A stretch of DNA of 64,000 nt from positions 1-64,000 of the forward strand of contig JASANG010002574.1 of assembly GCA_030248215.1 (NCBI GenBank), in the 5' to 3' direction. Positions within the stretch are counted from its first letter, which is position 1. Every line of letters begins with the position of its first letter. A model generated the notes under the pieces. It was not told the origin of the DNA. It worked only from the letters and a program-made list of their open reading frames with translations, and ran no database searches. The stretch comes from Enoplolaimus lenunculus. Taxonomy: Eukaryota. Shown here one piece after another: positions 63,998 through 64,000 of the stretch. Made by a program: the position numbers and the translations under genes.

Positions 63998-64000
63998 TAG

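Overview
AT-rich, intron-rich animal genomic DNA. The TTAGGC arrays suggest a nematode-type telomeric repeat, but the taxon cannot be fixed from sequence alone. Two protein-coding genes were assembled by hand from GT-AG exons. The first is a complete COQ10 (4 coding exons, 15501-17175, 205 aa). The second is the 5' part of a DAAM-type formin (7 exons, 28483-62445, GBD/FH3 region, continuing past the window end, with a ~26 kb intron after its probable first coding exon). Directly upstream of COQ10 is a small hydrophobic membrane-protein ORF. When spliced it is 53 aa, ends in a KKxx motif and is in frame with COQ10, separated from it by one TGA and 21 nt; this candidate dicistronic, operon or readthrough locus is the top finding. 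The rest of the window is a dense mosaic of non-autonomous DNA transposons: telomere-repeat-bearing GG-terminal elements with 8-bp target-site duplications (TSDs), TTAA piggyBac-like elements carrying a tRNA-derived segment, and Harbinger-, hAT- and TA-target families, often nested. There are also tRNA-like relics, satellites and microsatellites. No transposase, rRNA or CRISPR array was recognised. Most ORFs in the supplied track are repeat artefacts.
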